DNA of 64,000 nucleotides from Mesorhizobium sp. (lineage in GTDB: Bacteria; Pseudomonadota; Alphaproteobacteria; Rhizobiales; Rhizobiaceae): assembly GCA_022833215.1 (NCBI GenBank), contig JAIPUZ010000106.1:7515-71514 (forward strand), read 5' to 3'. A model generated the notes under the pieces. The model worked only from the letters and a program-made list of their open reading frames with translations, was not told where the DNA came from and made no database searches. Made by a program: the position numbers and the translations under genes. Of this stretch, positions 9,417-19,163 are shown one piece after another. Numbering within the stretch: position 1 is the first letter of the stretch; every line of letters begins with the position of its first letter.

Positions 9417-10257
9417 GATGCAGCTGGAAACAGATGGCCTGATTCACCGATTTAACGGACGGGGATTTCTGGTTGGCCCTGAGGGACCCGACCTCGTGCC
9501 GAACCGCACCGATATAAAGGCCCTCGGTCTCGTCACCGGAAAGAATGAAGACGAGGCACTGCAGAACAGGCCCTCATGGGCACGTATCTACAATACGATC
9601 GAACGCGATGTGGCAGGCTGCGTCGTGTTCGGCAAATATCGAATCATCGAGATCGAGATTGCCAATCATTTCAAGGTAAGCCGCACAGTCGTGCGCGATG
9701 TGCTCGGCCGTTTGCAGGAGCGCGGGCTTGTACGAAAGAACCAGAGTTCCCACTGGATCGCCGGCCCTCTGACCGCTCAGACGATCAAGGATCATTTTTC
9801 GCTTCGCCGAATGCTGGAGCCCGCTGCCCTGAAGGCCGGAGCCAACGCACTTGATCGCAACTCTCTCGTCGGCCTGCTTGGACGCCTCGCCGACCTCGAG
9901 GCTTCCGGCGCAACGGGTCATCTTGAGACGCTGGACGAGATTCAGGAGCAGATGATCGACATCTGCCTGCTGACACCGGTCAATGACAAAATGCAGGAAA
10001 TGATCCGCAACAACCTGCTGCCTGTAAGCGCCGCCGGGCGATTGCTGCGACAGCTGGGCCTGCCCGACGATCCCAGTGCGATCACGGAAATGCGGCTGGT
10101 TGTGGAGTTGCTGGTGCACGAGGCTGTCGATGCCGCAGCCCTGATGCTGGAGGCGCACATCGATGCGTCCCTGAAGCGTATGATCGCACAGATGAAGATC
10201 GTATCGGTCATTCCCGGACCGAGTGCCACGGCCGACTATCTTACCCCAATCGAATGA
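9403..10257 (+). pseudogene. 5'-truncated double-wHTH GntR-family regulator (possibly still translated from an IS-derived ATG)
   Basis: Starts with the tail of a wHTH (LMQLETDGLIHRFNGRGFLVG), followed by a complete GntR wHTH (EIANHFKVSRTVVRDVLGRLQERGLV) and an FCD domain. ATG 9403 lies inside the IS481 fragment. Confidence 0.65.
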
Positions 10258-10291
10258 ACGACATTTACCTGATCGTCGCTGACTATTTCGG

Positions 10292-10480
10292 GTAGCGCTC
10301 ATGGACAATGGCATCCATAGCCTGACTGCGGCCTGACTGCGGCCTGACTGCGGCGATGGCGACGAAGCCGAACAGGATTCCATGATCCTGTCACAGCCGG
10401 CGGCCACGGGCCGCCAATTCCTGAGCTTGTCGAAGAGTTGCTCGATCTGGTTGCGCCATTTGTATCTGGCCGCCTCCACA
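10292..10480 (-). mobile_element. IS5-family transposase 3' remnant (degenerate, frameshifted)
   Basis: Minus strand reads ARYKWRNQIEQLFDKLRNWRPVAAGCDR, then after a frameshift FGFVAIAAVRLWMP, resembling the IS5 C-terminus (Y..RN.IER.F.KLK.WRR.ATRYDK...GFVAIA.IRLW.P). Confidence 0.7.
10320..10352. repeat. Tandem repeat (GCCTGACTGCG)x3
   Basis: Three exact 11-bp units directly visible, inside the IS5 remnant. Confidence 0.95.
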
Positions 10481-10859
10481 AGGAAGCCTTCGATCAAAAC
10501 CCCATGCCCCGCACAACCTCTGTCCACGAACGCTGGCCACCCGGATCGTAAGTTCATATCATTGATCCGGGGATATTCGGGGCGGCGGCATGGTACGGCG
10601 TGAGGCAGACAGAGGTGGTTCTGTGCCCGGTGAAGGGCGGCTTTCCGGAAACTCGGCTTCGATCGCACAAGGCGGCGAATCCGCTGAAGGAGAACGACGC
10701 CACGCAAAACGCCCGCAACGAGGATCCCGGGCCCTGCAAATGTGTCGAATCCGCCGACGAAATACTCGCCTCGGGCAGACGCGTCTGCCAGAAGACAATG
10801 AACCGAACTTAAGTCCGGATAACTGACCATGTCGACATCGACACAAGACAGAGAGACAT

Positions 10860-11357
10860 ATGCCGAAGACAGGGGATGATCTGTTTGCGTTTCTGGCCGG
10901 CCTCGGCCTCGAATCCTCGACCACGCGCCATCCGCCGCTGTTCACCGTGGCCGATTCGCAGGCGTTGCGCGGCAACATTGCCGGGGCCCACACCAGGAAT
11001 CTGTTCCTCAAGGACAGGAAGGACAATTTCTTCCTTGTCACGGTGGAGGAGGACGCCGAGGTCGACCTGAAGCAGATTCACCACCTTATCGGCGCCGCAG
11101 GCCGGGTGTCTTTCGGAAAGCCGGAAATGCTGATGGAACTGCTCGGCGTCATTCCGGGCGCCGTGACTGTGCTTGGCCTCATCAACGACACGCAATGCAG
11201 GGTAAAGGTTGTCCTCGATGCGGGATTGATGGAGAACGACATCATCAATGCCCATCCCCTTACCAACGAGGCCACCACCTCGATGCGGTCGGCGGACCTG
11301 CTCAGATTCATCGAGGCAACGGGGCACGTTCCTGTTATCTTGAAAGTCGCGGCCTGA
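10860..11357 (+). CDS. YbaK/prolyl-tRNA synthetase-associated (ProXp-ala/PrdX-like) tRNA deacylase
   Basis: HPPLFTV, GAHTRNLFLKD, LLGVIPGAVT and INAHPLTNEAT. The usually conserved Lys of TKNLFL is Arg here. Confidence 0.92.
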   Translation: MPKTGDDLFAFLAGLGLESSTTRHPPLFTVADSQALRGNIAGAHTRNLFLKDRKDNFFLVTVEEDAEVDLKQIHHLIGAAGRVSFGKPEMLMELLGVIPGAVTVLGLINDTQCRVKVVLDAGLMENDIINAHPLTNEATTSMRSADLLRFIEATGHVPVILKVAA

Positions 11358-11367
11358 TCGCCACATT
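11339..11367 (+). promoter_or_regulatory. Candidate RpoH (sigma32) promoter for cnoX/ybbN
   Basis: CTTGAA-N16-CCACATT, close to the alphaproteobacterial RpoH consensus, 78 bp upstream of a heat-shock thioredoxin-chaperone gene. Confidence 0.45.
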
Positions 11368-11444
11368 GAAGGCCATGCGGCTCGAGCACGCAAACGAGGG
11401 CTGAACCCGCTTCAGCCACGGCAACACATTCTGGGAAGAGACTT

Positions 11445-12413
11445 ATGAGCGACAGCAATCCGTTCGGCTCGGGCAGCCAGTACGCAACCACCGTCCAGTT
11501 CGGGGATGGCGGCGGCAACGGGCTCAATTCCGCCGCACCGGCCGACCTCGTCAGGGACACCACGACGGCGAGCTTCACCGCCGACGTGATCCAGGAATCG
11601 CGCAATCAGCCTGTGCTGGTCGATTTCTGGGCACCGTGGTGTGGTCCCTGCCGCCAGCTCGGCCCCGTTCTGGAGAAGGCGGTCCAGGCTGCCGGCGGCC
11701 GGGTCAAAATGGTCAAGATGAACATCGACGAGCATCCGGCCATTGCGGGCCAGCTTGGCATCCAGTCGATTCCGGCGGTCATTGCCTTCAGGGACGGCCA
11801 GCCGGTCGACGGCTTCATGGGGGCTGTGCCCGAAAGCCAGATCAACGAATTCATCGCGCGGCTGGGCGGCAAGGACGCCGGCGAGGCCGCGCTGGAAGAG
11901 GCGCTGGCCGCGGCCGCCGAGGCGCGGACACAGGGCGATATGCAGACCGCTGCCGATATCTATGGTGCGATCCTGCAACAGACCCCCGATTCGATTGCAG
12001 CCGCAGCGGGGCTCGCCGATATTCTGTTCGAGGCCGGTGACCATGAGGGCGCGCAAGCCATTCTCGACGGCGTGCCGGAAGACAGGCGAGATGCACCGGA
12101 AGTCGCCGCCGTGCGCACCAGATTGTCGCTGGCCGCGCAGGCGGCGGAACTGGGCGATGCGGCGGAACTGGAAAAGCGCCTCCGGCAGAACCCGGCGGAC
12201 CATCAGGCCCGCTTCGATCTCGCCATGATCCAGAACGCCAGGGGCGAGCGCACGGAGGCGGCGGACAACCTGCTTGCCATCGTCAAGGCCGACCGCAACT
12301 GGAATGACGACGGCGCGCGCTCCCAGTTGCTGCAATTCTTCGAAGCATGGGGCATGGCCGACGAGGCCACGCTGGCAGCGCGGCGCAAGCTGTCGTCGCT
12401 GCTGTTCTCCTGA
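11445..12413 (+). CDS. cnoX: Chaperedoxin CnoX/YbbN (thioredoxin + TPR)
   Basis: VDFWAPWCGPC thioredoxin site plus C-terminal TPR (DRNWNDDGARSQLLQFFEAWG...RRKLSSLLFS). Confidence 0.9.
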   Translation: MSDSNPFGSGSQYATTVQFGDGGGNGLNSAAPADLVRDTTTASFTADVIQESRNQPVLVDFWAPWCGPCRQLGPVLEKAVQAAGGRVKMVKMNIDEHPAIAGQLGIQSIPAVIAFRDGQPVDGFMGAVPESQINEFIARLGGKDAGEAALEEALAAAAEARTQGDMQTAADIYGAILQQTPDSIAAAAGLADILFEAGDHEGAQAILDGVPEDRRDAPEVAAVRTRLSLAAQAAELGDAAELEKRLRQNPADHQARFDLAMIQNARGERTEAADNLLAIVKADRNWNDDGARSQLLQFFEAWGMADEATLAARRKLSSLLFS

Positions 12414-12442
12414 ACGAAGGGTACGCATTGGCAGATAAGGGC

Positions 12443-13114
12443 ATGCAGGCAGGAAACGCACATTACCGGCGAGAATCGGACCTTCCGCACACCGTTCCCG
12501 TGTTCCCGCTCGAAGGTGCGCTTTTGTTGCCGGCCAGCCGTCTCCCGCTCAACATCTTCGAGCCGCGTTATTTGCAGATGGTGGACCACGCCATCGCCTC
12601 CAACCGGCTGATCGGCCTCATCCAGCCGAGCCTCGACGGAGCCCTGCGCGACGACGGACAGCCGGAACTGTGCGAGGTCGGCTGTTTCGGGCGCATCACC
12701 TCGATGACCGAGACCGGCGACGGCCGCTATCTGATAGCGTTGCAGGGCGTTTGCCGTTTCCGGCTTGCCGGGGAGCTGACGGTGAAAACCCCGTTCCGTC
12801 AATGCAGGGTCACGCCCTTCCTTGCCGATCTCGAGGACGACACCGCAGCCGGAAGCATCGACCGGCCCGCTCTTCTGAAGGTGTTCCGCGCCTATCTGCA
12901 GGCCAACGATCTTCAGGCGGACTGGGAAGGCGTGAACCGCGCCGACGACACCATGCTGGTCAACGCGCTTTCGATGATGGCCCCTTACGGGCCGGCCGAG
13001 AAGCAGGCGCTGCTGGAAGCGCCCGACCTGCGCACCCGCGCCGAGACGCTGATCGCCATCACTGAAATGGCGCTGGCGCGAGACAATGACGATTTCGGCA
13101 CGAGCCTTCAATAA
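12443..13114 (+). CDS. LON peptidase substrate-binding (N-domain-only) protein
   Basis: PVFPLEGALLLP...LPLNIFEPRYLQMV; VGCFGRIT; EKQALLEAPDL. No AAA or protease domain. Confidence 0.9.
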   Translation: MQAGNAHYRRESDLPHTVPVFPLEGALLLPASRLPLNIFEPRYLQMVDHAIASNRLIGLIQPSLDGALRDDGQPELCEVGCFGRITSMTETGDGRYLIALQGVCRFRLAGELTVKTPFRQCRVTPFLADLEDDTAAGSIDRPALLKVFRAYLQANDLQADWEGVNRADDTMLVNALSMMAPYGPAEKQALLEAPDLRTRAETLIAITEMALARDNDDFGTSLQ

Positions 13115-13211
13115 AGCGCGTCGCGATCTTTCAGATTCGCTTCCTGCGCTTTAAATTGTTGTTTTTGCGCATATTGCCCGAAACCGGTTCCCACTTTCGG
13201 ACGACATGCGC
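13112..13211. repeat. Palindromic mosaic element, family B copy 2 (inverted)
   Basis: Reverse complement aligns by eye to 4404-4510 (GCATGTCGTCCGAAAGTGGGAACCGGTTTCGG...GCGAATCTGAAAGATCGCGACGCGCTTTA). Supplies the TAA stop of the LON-N gene. Confidence 0.85.
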
Positions 13212-13232
13212 GAGATTCGGGGAGAACGGCAT

Positions 13233-13439
13233 ATGGCGGACGAGCGCGGAGCAACCGGGCCAGAGGTCGATGTGAAGCTGCTGGAACTGCTGGCCTGCCC
13301 GCTCACCAAGGGCCCGCTGACGTGGGACCCCGAACGCAGCGAGCTGGTTTCACGGCTGGCGAGGCTCGCCTATCCCGTCAGGGGCGGCATACCGATCATG
13401 CTGCCTTCGGAGGCCCGCACGCTGACCGAGGATGGCTGA
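13233..13439 (+). CDS. Trm112-family protein (UPF0434)
   Basis: [14 protein letters not shown]...[26 protein letters not shown]; GGAGAA RBS before ATG 13233. Confidence 0.9.
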   Translation: MADERGATGPEVDVKLLELLACPLTKGPLTWDPERSELVSRLARLAYPVRGGIPIMLPSEARTLTEDG

Positions 13440-13454
13440 CGTCCCGCCGGCATA

Positions 13455-16400
13455 TCAGTGAAAATTTCGGCCCTTGGGCATCACCGAATGCGCGTTGCGG
13501 GCCAGCGCCTGCCGGCCTTTTTCCGCAGGGATGGGCGATACACCTTCGCTTTCCGGCGCAGGCCCCTCATGGAGCAATGCTCCCAGCCATGAGGAAAGAT
13601 CCTCGACGCGGCCGGCAACGATGTGGATGACATTCGTTTCGGATTGCAGCTTGCCGGTGACGCGCACGAAGCGCCCGCCCATGATCGCCGCCCGGTAGCG
13701 CTCGAATATACGCGGCCACACGATTATGTTGGCGATTGCGCCCTCGTCCTCCAGCGTCAGGAAGATGGCGTTGCCCTTGCCGGGCCGCTGCCGCACCAGA
13801 ACCAGTCCCGACACGGTGACGCGCGCCCCGTCCGGCAGCGCCCCCAGCCGGAGATTCGGCGTCACTCCTGCACGGTCCAGCCGCGTGCGCAGGAAGCTGA
13901 CCGGATGCGCCTTCAGCGACAGGCCGAGGCTGCGGTAGTCCTGCACGACCTGTTCGCCCGGCCGCGTCGCCGGAAGGTGCGTGACGGGCTCGCGGTCCGG
14001 CAGATCGAGCCCCGGACGGTCGAACAGCGGCAGAGCCTCGACGGCGCTTCTGGCGTCCAGCGCGCGCACCGCCCAGAGCGCCCCGCGCCGGTCGAGCCCG
14101 ATCGAGCGAAAGGCATCGGCTTCCGCAAGCTTGCCGATCTCTCCCACATCCAGCCCGGAACGCAGCCACACGTCGCGCACCGAAACATAGCCCTCGCCAC
14201 GGCAGGCGACGAAGGTTTCCATGCGCTTTTCCGCGAGCCCCTTTATCTGGTTGAAGCCCATGCGCAGCGCATGCATGGTGCGGATGGTGCGGTGCATTTC
14301 GACATGGCGCTCCGAGACGCGGGCCGGATCGAAAGCGGCCTTTTCCAGTGTGCACTCCCATGCGGAAGCGTTGATGTCGACGGGCCGGATCTCGACGCCA
14401 TGCTCGGCCGCATCGCGTATAAGCTGGGCCGGCTTGTAGAAACCCATCGGTTGCGAATTGAGGATCGCCGCGCAGAAAACGTCCGGGTAGAAAGCCTTGA
14501 ACCAGCAGGAGGCATAGACCAGCAGGGCGAAGGACGCGGCGTGGCTTTCGGGAAAGCCATATTCGCCGAAGCCCTCGATCTGTTTGAAGCAGCGCTCGGC
14601 GAACTCCTTCGGGTACCCTTTACGAACCATGCCGCCGACCATGCGGTCCTGATAGAGGCTGACCTTGCCGGTGCGCCGGAAAGTCGCCATGGCGCGGCGC
14701 AGCAGGTCCGCCTCGTCCGGCGTGAAGCCGCCGGCGACGATGGCGATCTTCATCGCCTGCTCCTGAAACAGCGGGACGCCCAATGTCTTGCCGAGAATTT
14801 CCTCCAGCTCGGGTTTGTAATACTCGACCTTTTCCTTGCCCTCGCGCCGGCGCAGATAAGGGTGAACCATGTCGCCCTGGATCGGGCCGGGGCGCACGAT
14901 GGCCACTTCGATGACGAGATCGTAGAAGCGGCGCGGCTTCAGGCGCGGCAGCATCGACATCTGGGCGCGCGATTCGACCTGAAAGACGCCGAGCGTGTCG
15001 GCCCGGCAGATCATGTCGTAGACCAGCGGGTCTTCCTTGCGCATGGTCGCCAGCGTTATCGGCCTGCCATGTTCGTCACGCACCCGGTAATGATCTTCCA
15101 GCAAAGTGAAGGCACGTTTCATGCAGCTCAGCATGCCGAGCGCCAGCACATCCACCTTCAATATGCCGACAGCGTCGAGATCGTCCTTGTTCCACTCCAC
15201 CATCCTGCGGGTTTCCATCCCCGTCCTGACGATGGGCACGATCTCGTCGAGCCGGTCACGGGTGATGACGAAGCCGCCGACATGCTGCGACAGATGGCGC
15301 GGGCATTCGCTCGCCACCAGCTCGTTGGCGCGGGCCAGCACATGGCGCGTTATCGGGTCTTCCTTGTCGAGCCCCCCGGCCTTCGCCTGCTCGGAGCCGA
15401 TGCCGGTGGTCCACCAGCCCCAGATCGAACCGGACAAAGCGCCCTGCACATCCTGCGACAGGCCCATGGCCTTCGCCACCTCGCGCAGGGCCGAGCGGCC
15501 CCGGTAGCTGATCACCGCACAGGCCAGAGCCGTGTGCTTTTCCTTATATTTCTCGTAAATATAGGCCATGACCTCTTCGCGGCGCTGGTGCTCGAAGTCG
15601 ACGTCGATGTCGGGCGGCTCGTTGCGGTTTTCCGAAATGAAGCGCTCGAACAGCGAATCGATCTGCTCCGGCGCGACGGCCGTGATGCCAAGCAGGTAGC
15701 AGACCACCGAATTGGCGGCCGACCCGCGCCCCTGACACAATATGTCCCGGCTGCGCGCGTACCGGACGATGTCGTGCACGGTGAGGAAATAGCGCGCGTA
15801 TTTCATCTTGCCGATCAGCGCCAGTTCCTTTTCGATGCGTTCGGCCAGGTCTGCGGACACGCCTTCCGGATAGAAATGGGCCGCTCCCTCCCATGTCAGC
15901 CGCTCCAGCTCCTGCTGCGGGGTGGCGCCGTCGCGCGTCGGCTCGTCGGGATAGTTGTGCTGCAATTCGGAAAGCGAGAAGGACAGCGTTGCGGCAAAGC
16001 GCTGTGTCTCGGCCAGCGCCTGCGGATGGGCCCTGAACAGCCGCGCCATCCCGGCAGGTTCCTTGAGGTGACGCTCGGCATTGGCGGCAAGCGCGAACCC
16101 CGCCCCGGCCACGGTCGTCCTGAGGCGGATGGCGGTGAGCACATCCTGCAAGGGCCGCCGTTCGGCAGCATGATAGAGCACGTCGTTGGTCGCCATCAGC
16201 GGCAGGCCGGCCGCATCGGCAAGGGCTTGCGCCTGCGCCAGCCGGAAGCGGTCGTTGCCGCGATAGTCGGGTGCGACGGCCAGCCACAGGCTCCTGCCGA
16301 AGCGCTCCTTCAGCCGGGCGAGCAGCGTAAGGGTTTCGGCAGCGGGGCCCAGCGGATCGGGCAGGATGGCGAGCGAGATGTTGTCGCCCCATTCCAGCAG

Positions 16401-16796
16401 GTCGTGCAGGTAAAGCAGCGGCGCGCCCTTTTCGCTCTCCTCGCGCAGATTGCCCGTCGTCAGGAGGCGGCACAGATGCCCCCAACCCTTGCGGTCCTGC
16501 GGGTAGGCGAGCACGTCCGGCGTGCCGTCGGCGAAGGCCAGCCGGCAACCGGGGTGATAGGGCAGGACGTGCGGTTCGCCTTCATCCGAAAACCGGATCG
16601 CCTTCGACTGGCTCCAGGCCCGCACCACGCCCGACACGGTGTTGCGGTCGGCCAGCCCCATGCCGGCATGGCCAAGCGCGCAGGCCGTCACCACGAGCTC
16701 TTCCGGCCGCGAGGCGCCGCGCAGCAGCGAGAAATTCGACTGCACGCCGAACTCGATATAGGCGGGCGCGCCGCTTCCGGCAGCAAAAGCGTTCAT
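13455..16796 (-). CDS. dnaE2: Error-prone DNA polymerase DnaE2 (ImuC)
   Basis: SNFSLLRGASRPEELV, CQGRGSAANS, EPPDIDVDFEH, YGFPESHAASFA, LNSQPMGFY and the C-terminal RNFH signature of DnaE2. Confidence 0.97.
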   Translation of the reverse strand: MNAFAAGSGAPAYIEFGVQSNFSLLRGASRPEELVVTACALGHAGMGLADRNTVSGVVRAWSQSKAIRFSDEGEPHVLPYHPGCRLAFADGTPDVLAYPQDRKGWGHLCRLLTTGNLREESEKGAPLLYLHDLLEWGDNISLAILPDPLGPAAETLTLLARLKERFGRSLWLAVAPDYRGNDRFRLAQAQALADAAGLPLMATNDVLYHAAERRPLQDVLTAIRLRTTVAGAGFALAANAERHLKEPAGMARLFRAHPQALAETQRFAATLSFSLSELQHNYPDEPTRDGATPQQELERLTWEGAAHFYPEGVSADLAERIEKELALIGKMKYARYFLTVHDIVRYARSRDILCQGRGSAANSVVCYLLGITAVAPEQIDSLFERFISENRNEPPDIDVDFEHQRREEVMAYIYEKYKEKHTALACAVISYRGRSALREVAKAMGLSQDVQGALSGSIWGWWTTGIGSEQAKAGGLDKEDPITRHVLARANELVASECPRHLSQHVGGFVITRDRLDEIVPIVRTGMETRRMVEWNKDDLDAVGILKVDVLALGMLSCMKRAFTLLEDHYRVRDEHGRPITLATMRKEDPLVYDMICRADTLGVFQVESRAQMSMLPRLKPRRFYDLVIEVAIVRPGPIQGDMVHPYLRRREGKEKVEYYKPELEEILGKTLGVPLFQEQAMKIAIVAGGFTPDEADLLRRAMATFRRTGKVSLYQDRMVGGMVRKGYPKEFAERCFKQIEGFGEYGFPESHAASFALLVYASCWFKAFYPDVFCAAILNSQPMGFYKPAQLIRDAAEHGVEIRPVDINASAWECTLEKAAFDPARVSERHVEMHRTIRTMHALRMGFNQIKGLAEKRMETFVACRGEGYVSVRDVWLRSGLDVGEIGKLAEADAFRSIGLDRRGALWAVRALDARSAVEALPLFDRPGLDLPDREPVTHLPATRPGEQVVQDYRSLGLSLKAHPVSFLRTRLDRAGVTPNLRLGALPDGARVTVSGLVLVRQRPGKGNAIFLTLEDEGAIANIIVWPRIFERYRAAIMGGRFVRVTGKLQSETNVIHIVAGRVEDLSSWLGALLHEGPAPESEGVSPIPAEKGRQALARNAHSVMPKGRNFH

Positions 16797-18385
16797 GCAA
16801 ACAGCCCGTGCATGAACCAGCGCGGCGGCGGCTTGCCGGCTTCATGATGGCCGAGCCGGTAGAGCCAGTAGCGGCGGCCTTCGCTGTCCTCGACCCGGTA
16901 ATAATCGCGCTCCGGCGCCTCTTCGCCATTGCGCCACCATTCGGGGGCGATGCGCTCCGGCCCTTCGGCGCGCACCACGCTGTGCAGGGCGCGGCGCCAG
17001 CGGAACCGCATCGGCGGGCCCTCCGGCAATTCGGTGGCCGGCACCTCGACCGGTTCGGGCCGGCCGAACAGGCGCACCGGACGCTCGGGCAGCAGGGGCT
17101 GTGGCACGCGCTGCCCGCCGCCGTGCGGCAGCTTTCCCGCGAACGGCCGCAGGGCAACCGCCCGTTCGGGAATATGGCTTTCGACCGCCACCGGCTGCAT
17201 CATCGCTCCGGCTCCCAGCCTTGCACGCACGCGATCCGCGAACAGAGCCAGATCGTCTTCTGCCGCGCCGGCCTCGCCGGCAAGACCGGTCTGACGCACA
17301 TCGAACGGTTCGGTCGAAAAGGCGGAAAGACGCGCAAGATCGAACCCATATCCGGCATCGAAGTCGCTGACGATGGCGGCGAGCCTCTCGCGGAACAGGT
17401 TCCGGATCTTCCACGGATCGCGCAGGGCCAGGGAGGTGGAAATGGCGATGCGGCTGACGGCACCATCGACCCGGAACAGGGAGAGCTCCAGCCGTCTCGC
17501 CCCTTCGCCGCGCCGATCGAGATCGGCTTTCAATGCCGTGGCCAGCATCTGCACCAGCCGTTCGACGTCCTCGGTGAGCACGACGGGCTCCGCCAGTTGC
17601 CGCTCCACCACAAGTGCCGGCACCGGCAAGCGCGGCGATACCGCCTCGTCGACGCGGCCGAGCGCCTGATCGAGGCGTATCAGCAATTCCCGGCCGAAGC
17701 GGCGGGCAAGCGGGGCGCGGGGCGCCGCCATGATCTCGTCCACGCTGCGCAGGCCCACACTGTCGAGCCCTGCGCAAACCGGCTTTTCCAGCCGCAGCGC
17801 CTGCGGCGGCAGCGGCGCGAGCAGCTCCCTCTCGGCGCCCGGCGCGACCACCAGCTTTCCCCGAAATCGCGCAGCCGCCCATGCAGCTCCGGCGGTCGAG
17901 GCAAGGCCGGCGCGCACGTCGAACCCCTGAGCGAAAAATTGTGCCAGCACAGTGTCCAGCATCGGCTTTTCACCACCGAACAGCGGCGTGCAGCCGGTCA
18001 CGTCGAGGAACAGCCCATCGACACCATCCAGCGCCACCAGCGGGGTATAGCGGTCGCACCAGTCGGCAAGCGCTTCCAGAAGCCGGCGTTCGCCGGCCGG
18101 GTCCGCCTCGACCACATCGAGGGACGGATGCATGGCGCGCGCATCGGCAAGGCCCATGCCGCGCTTCAGGCCAAGCGCCTCAGCCCGTGCGTCGAGGGCC
18201 GCGATCTGCACCGTGTTGTCGCGATGCAGGCTGACCACCAGCGCCGGATGCACCTTTTTTGCTGAACGCCACGACCTGCCCAGCCGCTGGCGCAATATCC
18301 GTTCGGCCGCCAGATAGGGAAACCACAGCGACAGGATTCGCTGCCCGGATTTCCGGGTTTGCTCTTTCGGTGAACAGGCACTCAT
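16793..18385 (-). CDS. imuB: ImuB, inactive Y-family polymerase-like protein
   Basis: RYTPLVALDGVDGLFLDVTG, clamp-binding-like QTGL, C-terminal GPERIAPEWW...RDYYRVED...YWLYR (DUF6504-like). ATGA overlap with dnaE2. Confidence 0.93.
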   Translation of the reverse strand: MSACSPKEQTRKSGQRILSLWFPYLAAERILRQRLGRSWRSAKKVHPALVVSLHRDNTVQIAALDARAEALGLKRGMGLADARAMHPSLDVVEADPAGERRLLEALADWCDRYTPLVALDGVDGLFLDVTGCTPLFGGEKPMLDTVLAQFFAQGFDVRAGLASTAGAAWAAARFRGKLVVAPGAERELLAPLPPQALRLEKPVCAGLDSVGLRSVDEIMAAPRAPLARRFGRELLIRLDQALGRVDEAVSPRLPVPALVVERQLAEPVVLTEDVERLVQMLATALKADLDRRGEGARRLELSLFRVDGAVSRIAISTSLALRDPWKIRNLFRERLAAIVSDFDAGYGFDLARLSAFSTEPFDVRQTGLAGEAGAAEDDLALFADRVRARLGAGAMMQPVAVESHIPERAVALRPFAGKLPHGGGQRVPQPLLPERPVRLFGRPEPVEVPATELPEGPPMRFRWRRALHSVVRAEGPERIAPEWWRNGEEAPERDYYRVEDSEGRRYWLYRLGHHEAGKPPPRWFMHGLFA

Positions 18386-19151
18386 CGGGGTTCCACTCCA
18401 GTGTGAACAGGCCGGGCAGGGCGGCGGGGCATTTGTCGACCGAAACGGTGAAGGCGGGCCGGCCGATAGAGGCTTCGAGCGGACCCGCGAAGGTATGGCG
18501 CGGCGTGGATGGGGCGGGGGAAACCACCAGACGCACCGGAGCCGCGGTAGCCTGCGCCTGTGCGGCCTGGCGCAGCAGCAGCACCGGCCGCCCCGCCGCC
18601 TGCGCCCGGCGATGCAGGCGGCGCGTCGCCGTAAGATCGAGCTTGTCGGGGTTGCCGCGCACCTCCACCACCACGGCCGCCAGCCGTTGCAGGGGGATCG
18701 CCTCCTCCGTCACCCACAGCACATCGGCAATCCTTGCGGCTTCGGCGATCAGAAGCCGTTCCGGCGCAATGCCGGACAGGGCCTGCCCTCCGGTGGCATG
18801 AGGAAAGCCGGCCTCGCGGAACACTTCGGACATGCCGACCCACAACACCGGCCCCGGCTCTTTTGCCTGCTCCAGCAGCAAACTGGCCAGAGCCAGCGCG
18901 AAGCCTGAAACCGAACCGCACTCCCGCGTTTCATGGCCATGAATCTCGGTCAGGGCCGCCCGCGCCAGCCCGCCGCCGAGCAATCTGTCGAAACCAGCAA
19001 CGCCGATGCGAAGACGCGCGGCATCGCCGGCATCGTCCGTTGCGCCCGGCGTGTCCAGCCGTTGCGGCAACGTGCCTTCGATCCTCGCGATTTCCCGGCG
19101 CAGGGCAAAAACGGCATCCCGCGCCACGGCGCAGCTCGCCATGACGGTCAA
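18180..19151 (-). CDS. imuA: ImuA, RecA-like accessory protein
   Basis: GVAGFDRLLGGGLARAALTEI and LDLTATRRL; first gene of the imuB-dnaE2 cassette. Start TTG 19151 or ATG 19142. Confidence 0.9.
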   Translation of the reverse strand: MTVMASCAVARDAVFALRREIARIEGTLPQRLDTPGATDDAGDAARLRIGVAGFDRLLGGGLARAALTEIHGHETRECGSVSGFALALASLLLEQAKEPGPVLWVGMSEVFREAGFPHATGGQALSGIAPERLLIAEAARIADVLWVTEEAIPLQRLAAVVVEVRGNPDKLDLTATRRLHRRAQAAGRPVLLLRQAAQAQATAAPVRLVVSPAPSTPRHTFAGPLEASIGRPAFTVSVDKCPAALPGLFTLEWNPDECLFTERANPEIRAANPVAVVSLSGGRTDIAPAAGQVVAFSKKGASGAGGQPASRQHGADRGPRRTG

Positions 19152-19163
19152 ACTCTCTTGTTT

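Noticed and set aside
10320-10352. Possible CRISPR or iteron array
   Set aside because: Three contiguous 11-bp units with no spacers, no cas or rep gene nearby; a slippage expansion inside an IS remnant.
9574-10830. 418-aa minus-strand ORF
   Set aside because: Mostly antisense to the GntR gene. Only a short segment is IS5-derived, so it is not a real protein.
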